Assembly (NCBI GenBank): GCA_964552395.1
Contig: CAZKGM010000003.1
Coordinates: forward strand, 50,030-114,029
DNA length: 64,000 nucleotides
Origin: an uncultured Thermoanaerobaculia bacterium
GTDB lineage: Bacteria; Acidobacteriota; Thermoanaerobaculia; Thermoanaerobaculales; Sulfomarinibacteraceae
Reading direction: 5' to 3'
Shown in pieces: positions 27,002 through 35,740 of the stretch. A program made the position numbers and the translations under genes. How positions within the stretch are numbered: the stretch's first letter is position 1; every line of letters starts with the position of its first letter. The notes below the pieces were generated by a model that was given only the letters and a program-made list of their open reading frames with translations, was not told where the DNA came from and did not search any database.

Positions 27002-28327
27002 ATGAGCTACTCGCCGTCCTGGGATTTACTCGTCTTCGGCGGCACCATCCTGACCATGGAGCCAGGGAGTGAGCCGATTGTGAACGGCGCTCTGGCAATC
27101 GCCGATGGACGCATCGCTGCGGTCGGACCGGCGGAGGAGTTGGTCGAGCAGGCGCCCACCGGGGAGGTCCTCGATGCGGCCGGATGCCTCATCATGCCCG
27201 GCCTCGTCAACACGCACTCGCACCTGGCAATGACGCTGCTCCGCGGGCTCGCCGACGATCTGCCGCTGAAGACCTGGCTCGAGGAGCACATCTGGCCCGC
27301 CGAGCGCCAGCACATGAACCGAGAGGCGGTGCGCGTGGGCACCCGGCTCGCCGCCGCCGAGCAGCTGCTGGCCGGCGTTACGACAACCACCGACATGTAC
27401 TTCTTCGATGACGAGGTCGGCAAGGTGTTGGCCGAGGCCGGGATGCGCGGCGTGGTGGCCGAGTCGCTGCTCGACTTTCAGACCCCGCGTTGCGCGGGAC
27501 CCGACGAGATGTTGGAGCGCCAGCGCGAGCTCCTCGAGGCGTTCCGGGATCATCCGCTCATCACGCCGGCAGTCGCCCCACACTCGCCCTACACGGTCTC
27601 CGCAGCCAATCTCGTCCGCGAGGCGGAGCTCGCCGACGAGCTGGACGCGCCGCTTCACATCCACCTGTCCGAGACGCGGTGGGAGGTGCAGAAGCTGCTC
27701 GACGAGAAGGGCATGTCACCGGTAGCCTACCTCGCCGACCTGGGCGTGCTCTCCGAGAGCACGGTAGCCGCGCACTGCGTTCACGTCTCGCCGGACGACA
27801 TCGATATCCTCAGCGATCTCGAGGTCGCGGTCTCCCACAACCCGGTCAGCAACCTCAAGCTCGCCTCGGGCATCGCTCCGGTACCGGCCATGCTCGCCGC
27901 CGGCGTCAAGCTCGGCCTCGGTACCGACGGCACCGCCTCGAACAACACCCTCGACCTGCTGCGCGACGCCCAGCTCGCGGCGCTTCTCCACAAGGGTGTT
28001 GGCGGCGACCCGACGGCGCTGCCCGCGAAGCAGACGGTCGAGCTGATGACGACTGCCGGCGCCAGGGTCCTCGGCCTCGACAAGCGGATCGGCCTTCTCC
28101 GCGAGGGATACGAGGCGGACATCGTCTGCCTCGAGGTCAAGGCGCCGCACGCGATGCCGCTGTACGATCCCTACTCGCACCTGGCGTACGCCGCCCGCGC
28201 CGCCGACGTCCTCCACGTCCTCGTCCGCGGCAGGACTCTGGTTCGGGATCGAGAGCTCACGACCCTGGACCTCGAGGAGATCCGTGCACAGGTGAAGGAG
28301 GTCACCGGCAAGATCAGGGAGGGGTGA
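27002..28327 (+). CDS. Amidohydrolase, MTA/SAH deaminase (MtaD)-like
   Basis: PGLVNTHSH, HIHLSET, AAHCVH, HNPVSNLKLASG, GTDGTASNN. Confidence 0.88.
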   Translation: MSYSPSWDLLVFGGTILTMEPGSEPIVNGALAIADGRIAAVGPAEELVEQAPTGEVLDAAGCLIMPGLVNTHSHLAMTLLRGLADDLPLKTWLEEHIWPAERQHMNREAVRVGTRLAAAEQLLAGVTTTTDMYFFDDEVGKVLAEAGMRGVVAESLLDFQTPRCAGPDEMLERQRELLEAFRDHPLITPAVAPHSPYTVSAANLVREAELADELDAPLHIHLSETRWEVQKLLDEKGMSPVAYLADLGVLSESTVAAHCVHVSPDDIDILSDLEVAVSHNPVSNLKLASGIAPVPAMLAAGVKLGLGTDGTASNNTLDLLRDAQLAALLHKGVGGDPTALPAKQTVELMTTAGARVLGLDKRIGLLREGYEADIVCLEVKAPHAMPLYDPYSHLAYAARAADVLHVLVRGRTLVRDRELTTLDLEEIRAQVKEVTGKIREG

Positions 28328-28403
28328 CCACCGCTCCGGCGTGCGAGGATCTTGGAACCTTCTGCCTTCCACGTACGTAGGAGCAACCGAAGGAGCTTCT
28401 CCG

Positions 28404-28625
28404 ATGTTGAAGACGTTGCGAGCTGTCAGGTTCCTCTTCATGGGTCCGCTGATCCTGGTCCTCCTGGTCGTCATCAATCTCATGACCTCGCCGGGCCACT
28501 GGTGGGTGCAGTGGGCGGCCCTGGGAATCGGGATCGTCTGGATGATCAGCCTGTTCCGCGTCCTCGGCGCGATCGTCGTGGCCGGGGGGGCCGCGGCCCT
28601 CTACGCCCACTTCCGGAAAAGGTAG
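28404..28625 (+). CDS. Small 2-TM membrane protein
   Basis: INLMTSPGHWWVQWAALGIG is a pattern typical of the 2TM domain; GGAG RBS. Confidence 0.7.
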   Translation: MLKTLRAVRFLFMGPLILVLLVVINLMTSPGHWWVQWAALGIGIVWMISLFRVLGAIVVAGGAAALYAHFRKR

Positions 28626-28668
28626 TCCGTAGCCGGCCAGCCCTCCGGTCGGGTTTCTGGTGGGTCCC

Positions 28669-29526
28669 CTACTTCCACGAGCTCTTGGTGGGCAGCCAGT
28701 GGTCGCCTCGCTTCTCGAGGGTCACCTCGCCATGGCCCTTGGTGCCTTCCGTCACCCCTTCGACCTGGAGGATGGCGGTCTCGCCGTCGCTCGAGCCGCC
28801 GAGGATCTTGACCTCGGTGGGCGTCATGAGCTGCATGAGCTCGAGCTGGTCCTGGGCGTCCTTGCTCTCGAGCTGTGCGGCCATATCCGGCGGCACCAGC
28901 GCCTTGAGTCGGTCGAGGCTGCCAGAGTGGATCGCGGCCACCCACGCCAGGTACGCCTTCCCGGGCTCGCCGCCGTCAGCGGGAAGCGCGCCACCGATCG
29001 GAGCGTCCGGGTTCGACAGCGGGGCGCTGAAGGTGAAATCGTACTGGAAGGTGTCGCCGAAGAACTCCTGGGGCTTGGGCAGGTAGATCCGGCCAGCGAA
29101 CCGGTCGGGACCGGTGCTCTCGAGCTCCAGCTCGGGGTAGACGCCCCCGGAAATATTGCCGCCGGAGTCGGCCGACAGCCTGATGTTCTGGGAGTAGGCC
29201 CGGAGCTCCGGCTTGTCGCCGAACTCGGCGGTCTTGGTGATGCCGATCTCAACGTAAGCCGAGTGCCAGATGGCCTCGTCGAGCTGGCGCTCCTCGATCG
29301 GCTTCTGGACGAAGACCACCTTCCAGGTCGGGTCGTTGTCGTCGTAGAACCCCTTCTTCTCAGCGTAGACATACACATAGGGCAGCTCCACCGTGACCCC
29401 GTTCGCGGTCAGCGTGCCCTTCACCTGGGCCTTCACCTCTCCCGCCCCCGAGACCGCCGGCCACAGCAAACCCGCAAAACAGACCAGCAGACAGGTCAGG
29501 CACAGCCTCTTCCCCTCACGCATCAC
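28669..29526 (-). CDS. Hypothetical secreted protein
   Basis: Signal peptide (AVSGA), GGAGG RBS, codon usage typical of the genes here. Confidence 0.75.
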   Translation of the reverse strand: MMREGKRLCLTCLLVCFAGLLWPAVSGAGEVKAQVKGTLTANGVTVELPYVYVYAEKKGFYDDNDPTWKVVFVQKPIEERQLDEAIWHSAYVEIGITKTAEFGDKPELRAYSQNIRLSADSGGNISGGVYPELELESTGPDRFAGRIYLPKPQEFFGDTFQYDFTFSAPLSNPDAPIGGALPADGGEPGKAYLAWVAAIHSGSLDRLKALVPPDMAAQLESKDAQDQLELMQLMTPTEVKILGGSSDGETAILQVEGVTEGTKGHGEVTLEKRGDHWLPTKSSWK

Positions 29527-29729
29527 ATACCTCCATTCGTTCGCCTCCCCCGTAAGAGGACGGCATCATCGCACAGGCACACCTGCTGCCACGCAGCGAA
29601 CGGCCCAGAGAGACATCAATGTTCCTGTTCCCCAGAATGTAGTCCGTGAATACCGTGTGCGCCAGGCAGGATTCCGCACCACGGAGAGAGTCGAGGCGGG
29701 CGTGATCCGACCCGACCAGGCCGTCAGGG

Positions 29730-31166
29730 TCACCGCCGCCAGAAGCTGGGCATGAAGAGGGCCAGCAAGGTGAAGATCTCCAGACGGCCGAAGAGCATGA
29801 GGAAGGCCAGCACCAGCTTGACGGCCGCGGGGAAGTGGGCAAAGTTGTCGTAGGCGCCGACATCCCCGAGACCGGGCCCCACGTTGCCGATGGCGGTGAG
29901 CGCCGACGACAACGACGTCAGAAGATCGTACCCGCAGGCCGCCACCACCGCCGCCCCGAAGAGGGCCAGGAGCGCATAGGCCGTGAGAAACGCCCAGATC
30001 CCCGACAGCACCGCCTCGTTCACCACCACACCGCCGAACTTTACCGGGCGCACCGCATGGGGATGGATCAGACGCTGCATCATCACCCTGAGAGACCGGA
30101 AGGAGAGCAAGGCCCTGAGGCTCTTGATCCCGCCCCCGGTGGAACCCGACATCCCACCCAGCACCATGAGAATGAGCAGCACGAGCAGGGCCAGTTGGGG
30201 CCACAGCTCGAAGTCCACGCTCACGTATCCCGTGGTGGTCAGGATCGACACGACCCCGAACGAAGCCACCCGGAGGGTTTCGAGAAGAGCCTGGCCCGGC
30301 CGGTGGAGCACCACGGTCACGACCACTGTTGCCAGAGCCGCCACACCCAGGAAGTACCGCAGCTCGGCGTCCCGCCAGACCTCCCGCCAGCGGCCCGTGA
30401 TGATCTTGAAATGGAGCACGAAGTTGATGCCCGCGAGCAGCATGAACAGGGTGATGATCCACTCCACGGCGGGGAGCCCGATCTCCCCGATCGACGTGTT
30501 CCGAGTGGAGAAGCCGCCCGTGGCCAGGGTGGTGAAGGCGTGACAGAGCGCTTCGAAACCCCCGAGCCCGGCCAGCTTGAGCGCCAGCCACTCCAGGGCC
30601 GTCAGCCCCACGTAGATGGCCCACAGGGACCGCGCCGTGGAGGCCAGCCGGGGCTGGACCTTGTCCGCCACCGGCCCAGGCACCTCGGCCTTGAAGAGCT
30701 GCATACCGCCAATGCCCAACAGAGGCAGGATGGCGATGGTGAAGAGGATGATTCCCATACCCCCAAGCCACTGGGTCATGGCCCGCCACAGAAGCAGGGC
30801 CCGGGGCACCATCGTCACGTCGGCTATCACCGTAGAGCCGGTGGTGGTGAACCCGGACACCGACTCGAAGAAGGCATCCTCCAGCCCCAGCACGCCGGCC
30901 GTCACGTAGGGGATCGCTCCCAGGACCGAGACCACGAGCCAGGTCCCCCCCACTACCAGGAAGCCGTCCGCGGGCCGGATCCTCCGATCCTCCGTGGCGA
31001 AGGACCGCACGAGGACAAAGCCCGCCCCCGCAGCGACGCCGATCGCGACCAGGTAGGGAACCGCGGAGTCGCCGATGAAAAGTGCCACGCCCAAGGGCAC
31101 GCAGAGGAACGTCCCCACCAGAAGCATGAGCCAGCCCACAAGCAGGACGTCGAAGCGGACGTTCAT
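29730..31166 (-). CDS. trkH: Trk potassium uptake permease
   Basis: FESVSGFTTTGS, QWLGGMGI, TLATGGFS, TTTGY, GNVGPGLG, GRLEI. Confidence 0.95.
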   Translation of the reverse strand: MNVRFDVLLVGWLMLLVGTFLCVPLGVALFIGDSAVPYLVAIGVAAGAGFVLVRSFATEDRRIRPADGFLVVGGTWLVVSVLGAIPYVTAGVLGLEDAFFESVSGFTTTGSTVIADVTMVPRALLLWRAMTQWLGGMGIILFTIAILPLLGIGGMQLFKAEVPGPVADKVQPRLASTARSLWAIYVGLTALEWLALKLAGLGGFEALCHAFTTLATGGFSTRNTSIGEIGLPAVEWIITLFMLLAGINFVLHFKIITGRWREVWRDAELRYFLGVAALATVVVTVVLHRPGQALLETLRVASFGVVSILTTTGYVSVDFELWPQLALLVLLILMVLGGMSGSTGGGIKSLRALLSFRSLRVMMQRLIHPHAVRPVKFGGVVVNEAVLSGIWAFLTAYALLALFGAAVVAACGYDLLTSLSSALTAIGNVGPGLGDVGAYDNFAHFPAAVKLVLAFLMLFGRLEIFTLLALFMPSFWRR

Positions 31167-31212
31167 GTCACGCCCATGCCTGTCCCGAGCCGCACACCGC
31201 TCGCGCGCACTC

Positions 31213-32562
31213 CTATCCCCCCAGGAACCCGTCCAGGCGGCCCGCGTCGCCCGAGGTGGTGATCAGCAGCACCCGATCACCGGGATAGATCCGGTCGCCA
31301 CCCCCGGGTACTGCAATCCGGTTCTCATGCTGGACCGCTGCCACCAGCACGCCCTTGGGCAGCCCGATCTCGGCCAAACGTCCCGAGGCGAGACGGCTCA
31401 AGGCCGCCGCCTCGATCTCCATCACCTCCACGACGTCGTCCAGCAGGGCCGCCACCGCCCGCACCCTGCCCCGGCGTACGAACTGGAGCGCCAGGCTCAC
31501 CGACAGCAATCGCGGCGAGATGATGGCGTCGATCCCCAGCTCCCCCACCAGGTCCACAAACGCCGGGTTGTCCAGCACCGCGAACGTCTGGCCAGCGCCC
31601 AGCCGGTTCGCCAAGAGCGCGGACACCACGTTCACCTCGTGATCCTCGGTGCAGGCCACGAACCCGTACACGGCAGCAATGCCCTCCTCCTCGAGAAGAT
31701 CCCGGTCGGTGGGGAGACCGTGGATGACCAGCGTTCTGTCGAGCCGCGCCGCCGCCTCCTCGCAGGCTGCTCGCCGCTCGTCCACCAGGGTCACCGGCAC
31801 GCCGCGGCCCTCCAGCGTCTCAGCCAGCTCGACCCCGATCCTCGTGGCGCCGGCGATCATGACGTTGCGGCCCGCCGGTCGGCTCCGCCCCAGGAGGGCC
31901 AGCACGCCGTCCACGTGCTCCGGGTCGAGCGCGAAGTACACCAGGTCGTCGGCGCGGATCTCGTCCTCTCCGTGAGGGACAATCCAGCGTCCCTTGCGCC
32001 GAATCGCCACCACGAGCATCGGGGTCGCGGGGAAGAGGAGCCGGAGATGCGACAGCAGGAGTCCGTCGAAGTCGCTCTTCGCTGGGATGTTGAACCCGGC
32101 CACTAGGAGGCGTCCGTCGAGGAAGGGAACCACGTCCACCGCCCCCGGAACGGGCAGCAGGGACAGGATGCGCTCCACAGCCGCCTGCTCGGGATTGATG
32201 GCCAGCCGCTGGCCCCCGCCCTCCGCGGCCAGGGCTCGGAAGCTCTCCTGGTGGCCCGAGTCCCGGAGCCGGGCCACGACCCGAGGCACATGGAATAGCG
32301 CCGAGCCGACCAGCGCCACCACCATGTTGGCCTCGTCCGAATCGGTTGTGGCGAACAGGAGCTCGCACTCCTCGATCCCTGCCTCGAGAAGGACCGGCAC
32401 CGTGGCACCGTTGCCCGCCAGCGTCTTCACGTCCAGCCGGTCAGACAGGTCAGTCAACAGCAGGCGGTTCCGTTCCACGACCACCACGTCGTGGCCGTCG
32501 GCCGCCAGCTTCCCCGCCAGCGTCGAGCCCACGAGCCCGCCTCCGACCACGATCGCACGCAT
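31213..32562 (-). CDS. trkA: Trk system NAD-binding subunit
   Basis: Two RCK units: VGGGLVG...GNGAT and IAGATRIG...DHEVN. Confidence 0.92.
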   Translation of the reverse strand: MRAIVVGGGLVGSTLAGKLAADGHDVVVVERNRLLLTDLSDRLDVKTLAGNGATVPVLLEAGIEECELLFATTDSDEANMVVALVGSALFHVPRVVARLRDSGHQESFRALAAEGGGQRLAINPEQAAVERILSLLPVPGAVDVVPFLDGRLLVAGFNIPAKSDFDGLLLSHLRLLFPATPMLVVAIRRKGRWIVPHGEDEIRADDLVYFALDPEHVDGVLALLGRSRPAGRNVMIAGATRIGVELAETLEGRGVPVTLVDERRAACEEAAARLDRTLVIHGLPTDRDLLEEEGIAAVYGFVACTEDHEVNVVSALLANRLGAGQTFAVLDNPAFVDLVGELGIDAIISPRLLSVSLALQFVRRGRVRAVAALLDDVVEVMEIEAAALSRLASGRLAEIGLPKGVLVAAVQHENRIAVPGGGDRIYPGDRVLLITTSGDAGRLDGFLGG

Positions 32563-32825
32563 GCTGCCTCCCGGATAAACGCTCACCCCATTCTCCCCGG
32601 CGCCGGCTGAGGCGGCAAGCGCCGAGGTGTCGGCCAGGGGGGCCGGTCATCCTCTCATGAGGATTGCCGCACCCTCCCCAATCAAGCGACGAACCGGCGA
32701 AGGCTGGCGTCTCGCCGGCCGCAGCAGACCACAGGAGGCAGCTCCGCTGCGCTCCAGCGAACCCGAGGCTCGAGCGACATCGAACGGAAGTTGCTCCGGA
32801 TCTTGTCGAACCGGGTGAAAGCAAT

Positions 32826-32892
32826 GCCGGCACCCACGGCAGGTGCCGGCTTCTTGATCAGGCGCTGGGAAGGCCGTCTCGGAGGACGGCCT
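32826..32892 (-). terminator. Two hairpins downstream of dsrC, likely the operon end
   Basis: GCCGGCACC-N7-GGTGCCGGC (followed on the minus strand by ATTGCTTT) and AGGCCGTC-N6-GACGGCCT. Confidence 0.55.
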
Positions 32893-32912
32893 CGGTTGGC
32901 CCGTCGGGTGTG

Positions 32913-33230
32913 TCAGACGCAGCCAGTCGGCTTGGGAAGACCGGCAACCTTGCAGGCGCCCTTCGCCGGGCCGGACGGGAACAGCTCGTAGATCCGCTTC
33001 AGGTTGAAACCCGTTTCCTTGCAGAGCTTGCGGATCATTGGTGCGACCCCGAACTGCAGGTAGTACTCGCGAAGATAGTTGACAACCTTCCAGTGCTCCT
33101 CGGTCAGGTCATCGACCCCCTCGGTCGAGGCCAGGGCATGCGCGACGAGCTCGTTCCAGCCCTCCGGCTCCTGCATGAAGCCGTCCTCGTCGACCTCGAT
33201 GGATACCTCACCCTGTGTGAATGTTGGCAT
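32913..33230 (-). CDS. dsrC: Sulfur carrier DsrC
   Basis: DEDGFM, ELFPSGPAKGACKVAGLPKPTGCV with both C-terminal Cys present. Confidence 0.95.
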   Translation of the reverse strand: MPTFTQGEVSIEVDEDGFMQEPEGWNELVAHALASTEGVDDLTEEHWKVVNYLREYYLQFGVAPMIRKLCKETGFNLKRIYELFPSGPAKGACKVAGLPKPTGCV

Positions 33231-33232
33231 AA

Positions 33233-33820
33233 TCAGACCTCCTTTAAAGTCTCCGGAACCCCGGTTTCGGTGCTAGCCATGTTCGCGTTTCTCTGATTGA
33301 GCTCGCTCTCCGCTCGGTGGAGCTTCTTGAGGAACTCGGGCGACGGGCGGTGGCCCAGCGCCATGGCGGCGCCGAGCTCGGCCCGTGCTTCCTCGACCTG
33401 GTCGAGGGCCAGCAGGCCGACGGCCAGAAAGTAGTGCCCGGCGCCGTTGTCCGGGTCGAGCTCGAGGACCCGGCGATTGGCCCGTACGAGCCCCTCCGCG
33501 TCTCCCATGTAAAGGTACGACTGGCCGAGGTTGTAGTGGGCCAACGGCATGCCGTCCCGCAGCTTCACCGCCTCCAGATTGGCTTCGAGGGCCGCCTTGA
33601 AGTCCCACTTCAGGAGCAGCGCGCCACCGAGGTTGACCCATGCCTCAACGAGACTGGAGTCGAGCTCCACGGCCCTGCGGTACTCGCGCCCGGCGCGGTC
33701 CACGTAGCCGTGCTCGGTGTAGGCGAGACCCAGGTTGAAGTGAGCCGCGGCGGAGTCCGGGCACTCCTGCACCCGTGCCTCGCAGCGCTCAATCCGTTCT
33801 TTCAGCGACTCTATTGTCAT
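33233..33820 (-). CDS. Tetratricopeptide repeat protein in the dsr operon
   Basis: AHFNLG, AWVNLG, AHYNLG TPR motifs; ATGA coupling with the upstream gene. Confidence 0.85.
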   Translation of the reverse strand: MTIESLKERIERCEARVQECPDSAAAHFNLGLAYTEHGYVDRAGREYRRAVELDSSLVEAWVNLGGALLLKWDFKAALEANLEAVKLRDGMPLAHYNLGQSYLYMGDAEGLVRANRRVLELDPDNGAGHYFLAVGLLALDQVEEARAELGAAMALGHRPSPEFLKKLHRAESELNQRNANMASTETGVPETLKEV

Positions 33821-34329
33821 CGTGATCCCCCCCTCATGCACAAGTTCTCGATCGCAGCGAACAGTCTCCGCTCGGCATCATTCGCCGCCTCCAGCTCAAC
33901 TTCGATCTCGGCCAGGTACGGCCGGACCAGTCCCGGATCGGCCTCGGCGATCGCAGCCAGGGCCTGCAGCAGCTCGGGTCTCAGCCCCTCGTCCCACACC
34001 AGTGAGACAAGGGCACCGACGTGAGGGCCGACCAACCCCGGCGCGCGGCGGCCGATCTCGCCGATGGCGGCGAGGCCGGGCGCTCCATTAGTTCCCGACT
34101 CGTCGTTCAGCGCCCACAACAGGCGGCGCAGAATCTCCTTTCCCAGCTCCGCGTTCGCTGCCGCGGCTTCGCCAAGGGCGGCCGCGGCGCGGCTCCGCAC
34201 GGCCGTATCGTTGTCCCACAGGCGCCCGAGAAGCGGCCGCACCGAGCGGCTGTCGGCCTCTACCAGCCGCCGCAGCTCGTCGTCTCGACCCTCGTGCAGG
34301 AGCTCCGACACCATCTTCTTCAGCTCCAT
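33817..34329 (-). CDS. HEAT-repeat protein (DVU0298-like)
   Basis: RAAAALG, LRRLLWALNDESG, AIGEIGR. Start overlaps the dsrN stop region. Confidence 0.7.
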   Translation of the reverse strand: MELKKMVSELLHEGRDDELRRLVEADSRSVRPLLGRLWDNDTAVRSRAAAALGEAAAANAELGKEILRRLLWALNDESGTNGAPGLAAIGEIGRRAPGLVGPHVGALVSLVWDEGLRPELLQALAAIAEADPGLVRPYLAEIEVELEAANDAERRLFAAIENLCMRGGSR

Positions 34330-35720
34330 GCCAAAACCCGCGACCGTTCGTGTCGGAAGACTCGAGCCGCGTTCAGCAGCCCAGCGGACCACTGCGGAAC
34401 GGCCAGGGCGTGGAGATGAGTGTACGACGCCCAGACGCGGCCCTTGGCGATGCCGTCCCGGCCGCCGCCGACACCGGTGCCGCGCTCGAGCCCGGCCGCC
34501 GTCGCTTCGGCATCCGCACCGCCGACGACGTGCGAGTAGTGGAACTCGTGCCCGCAAAGGCGGGTGCCGACCGGAAAGAAGTGGTTCTCGCGGTCGACCC
34601 GGCCGACGACGTAGCCGTGGCCCTGTGGCCGCCGCGTGTGCTCCACGACCAGGTCCAACACTCCGGTCATACGGTGGGTGATGCCGTCGACGATGAGCTC
34701 CCGCGCCAGCAGCATGAGGCCCCCGCACTCGGCGTACACCGGCAGACCGGCGGCGACTGCCGCGGACAGCGATCCCGCGAAGCTGCGGGCGGCCGTCAGC
34801 TCGCGGGCGTACATCTCCGGAAATCCGCCGCCGATGTAGAGGGCATCGACATCCTCGGGCAGCGGCCGGTCGTCGCGCGGAGAAACCAGCACCAGCTCGG
34901 CGCCACCGGACTCCAGGGCCTCCAGGTTTTCCGGGTAGAAGAAGCTGAAGACGTCGTCATGAAGAACCGCCACGCGCGCCGGCAGCCCCGGCGACATCGG
35001 CCGCGCGCGCGGCAGCTCGAAAGGCGGCGCCATGGAAGCCGTCGCCAGCACCGTCTCCAGGTCCACGTGTCCGCGCACGAGCTCGGCGGCCTGCTCGATG
35101 GCGGACTCCCGATCCGGGTGCTCCGCCGCCGTCACCAGCCCCAGGTGGCGACCTGGAAGCGGCTCGGCCTGCCGCAGCCGCGGCACGGCGCCGACGACAG
35201 GCGGTCCGTCGACCGCCGCCAGCGCCTCGCGAATGAGGCTTTCCTGGCGCGCGGTGGCGACGCGGTTGAGGATCACCCCGGCGAGCTCCACCTGCGGGTC
35301 GAGAGCGCGACATCCCAGCACCATGGCCGCCGCGGTTCGCGTCGTCTTGGTCACGTCGACGACCAGCAGCACGGGGGCACGAAGGCGCTTCGCGAGCTCG
35401 CCCGTCGAGTGGGTACCGCGTGCGTCAAGACCGTCGAACAGCCCGCGGTTGCCCTCGACCAGGAGAAGGTCGGCCGGCAGGGAGCGCGCGACCGCCTCTC
35501 CCATCGCCTCGTCGTTCATCATGAAGGTATCGAGGTTGCGGGCCGTGCGGCCGGCCGCGGCCGCCAGCCACGCTGCATCGATGTAGTCCGGGCCCTTCTT
35601 GAACGGCGCCACGCCGACACCCCGCTCGACGAGGGCGCGGGCAATGCCGAGACAGACCAGCGTCTTGCCGCTGTCCCCGGCCAAGCCCGCCACTACGACG
35701 CGAGGGGTGTTGACGCGCAT
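34320..35720 (-). CDS. dsrN: Siroheme a-amide synthase (CbiA/CobB family)
   Basis: GDSGKT, FKKGPDYIDAAW, EGNRGLFDG, FYPENL, YAECGG, GHEFHYS; position inside the dsr operon. Confidence 0.9.
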   Translation of the reverse strand: MRVNTPRVVVAGLAGDSGKTLVCLGIARALVERGVGVAPFKKGPDYIDAAWLAAAAGRTARNLDTFMMNDEAMGEAVARSLPADLLLVEGNRGLFDGLDARGTHSTGELAKRLRAPVLLVVDVTKTTRTAAAMVLGCRALDPQVELAGVILNRVATARQESLIREALAAVDGPPVVGAVPRLRQAEPLPGRHLGLVTAAEHPDRESAIEQAAELVRGHVDLETVLATASMAPPFELPRARPMSPGLPARVAVLHDDVFSFFYPENLEALESGGAELVLVSPRDDRPLPEDVDALYIGGGFPEMYARELTAARSFAGSLSAAVAAGLPVYAECGGLMLLARELIVDGITHRMTGVLDLVVEHTRRPQGHGYVVGRVDRENHFFPVGTRLCGHEFHYSHVVGGADAEATAAGLERGTGVGGGRDGIAKGRVWASYTHLHALAVPQWSAGLLNAARVFRHERSRVLAWS

Positions 35721-35740
35721 CTCGTGCCGCCTGCCGCGCT

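Noticed and set aside
29566-29592. Weak GG-N10-GC match upstream of the 285 aa secreted protein
   Set aside because: TGGCAG-CAGGT-GTGCC lacks the TTGC element and is plausible by chance at this GC content.
32563-32825. Possible c-di-AMP or other riboswitch upstream of trkA
   Set aside because: Only a short TGGGGTGA resemblance; the conserved core could not be identified. An Rfam search would be needed.
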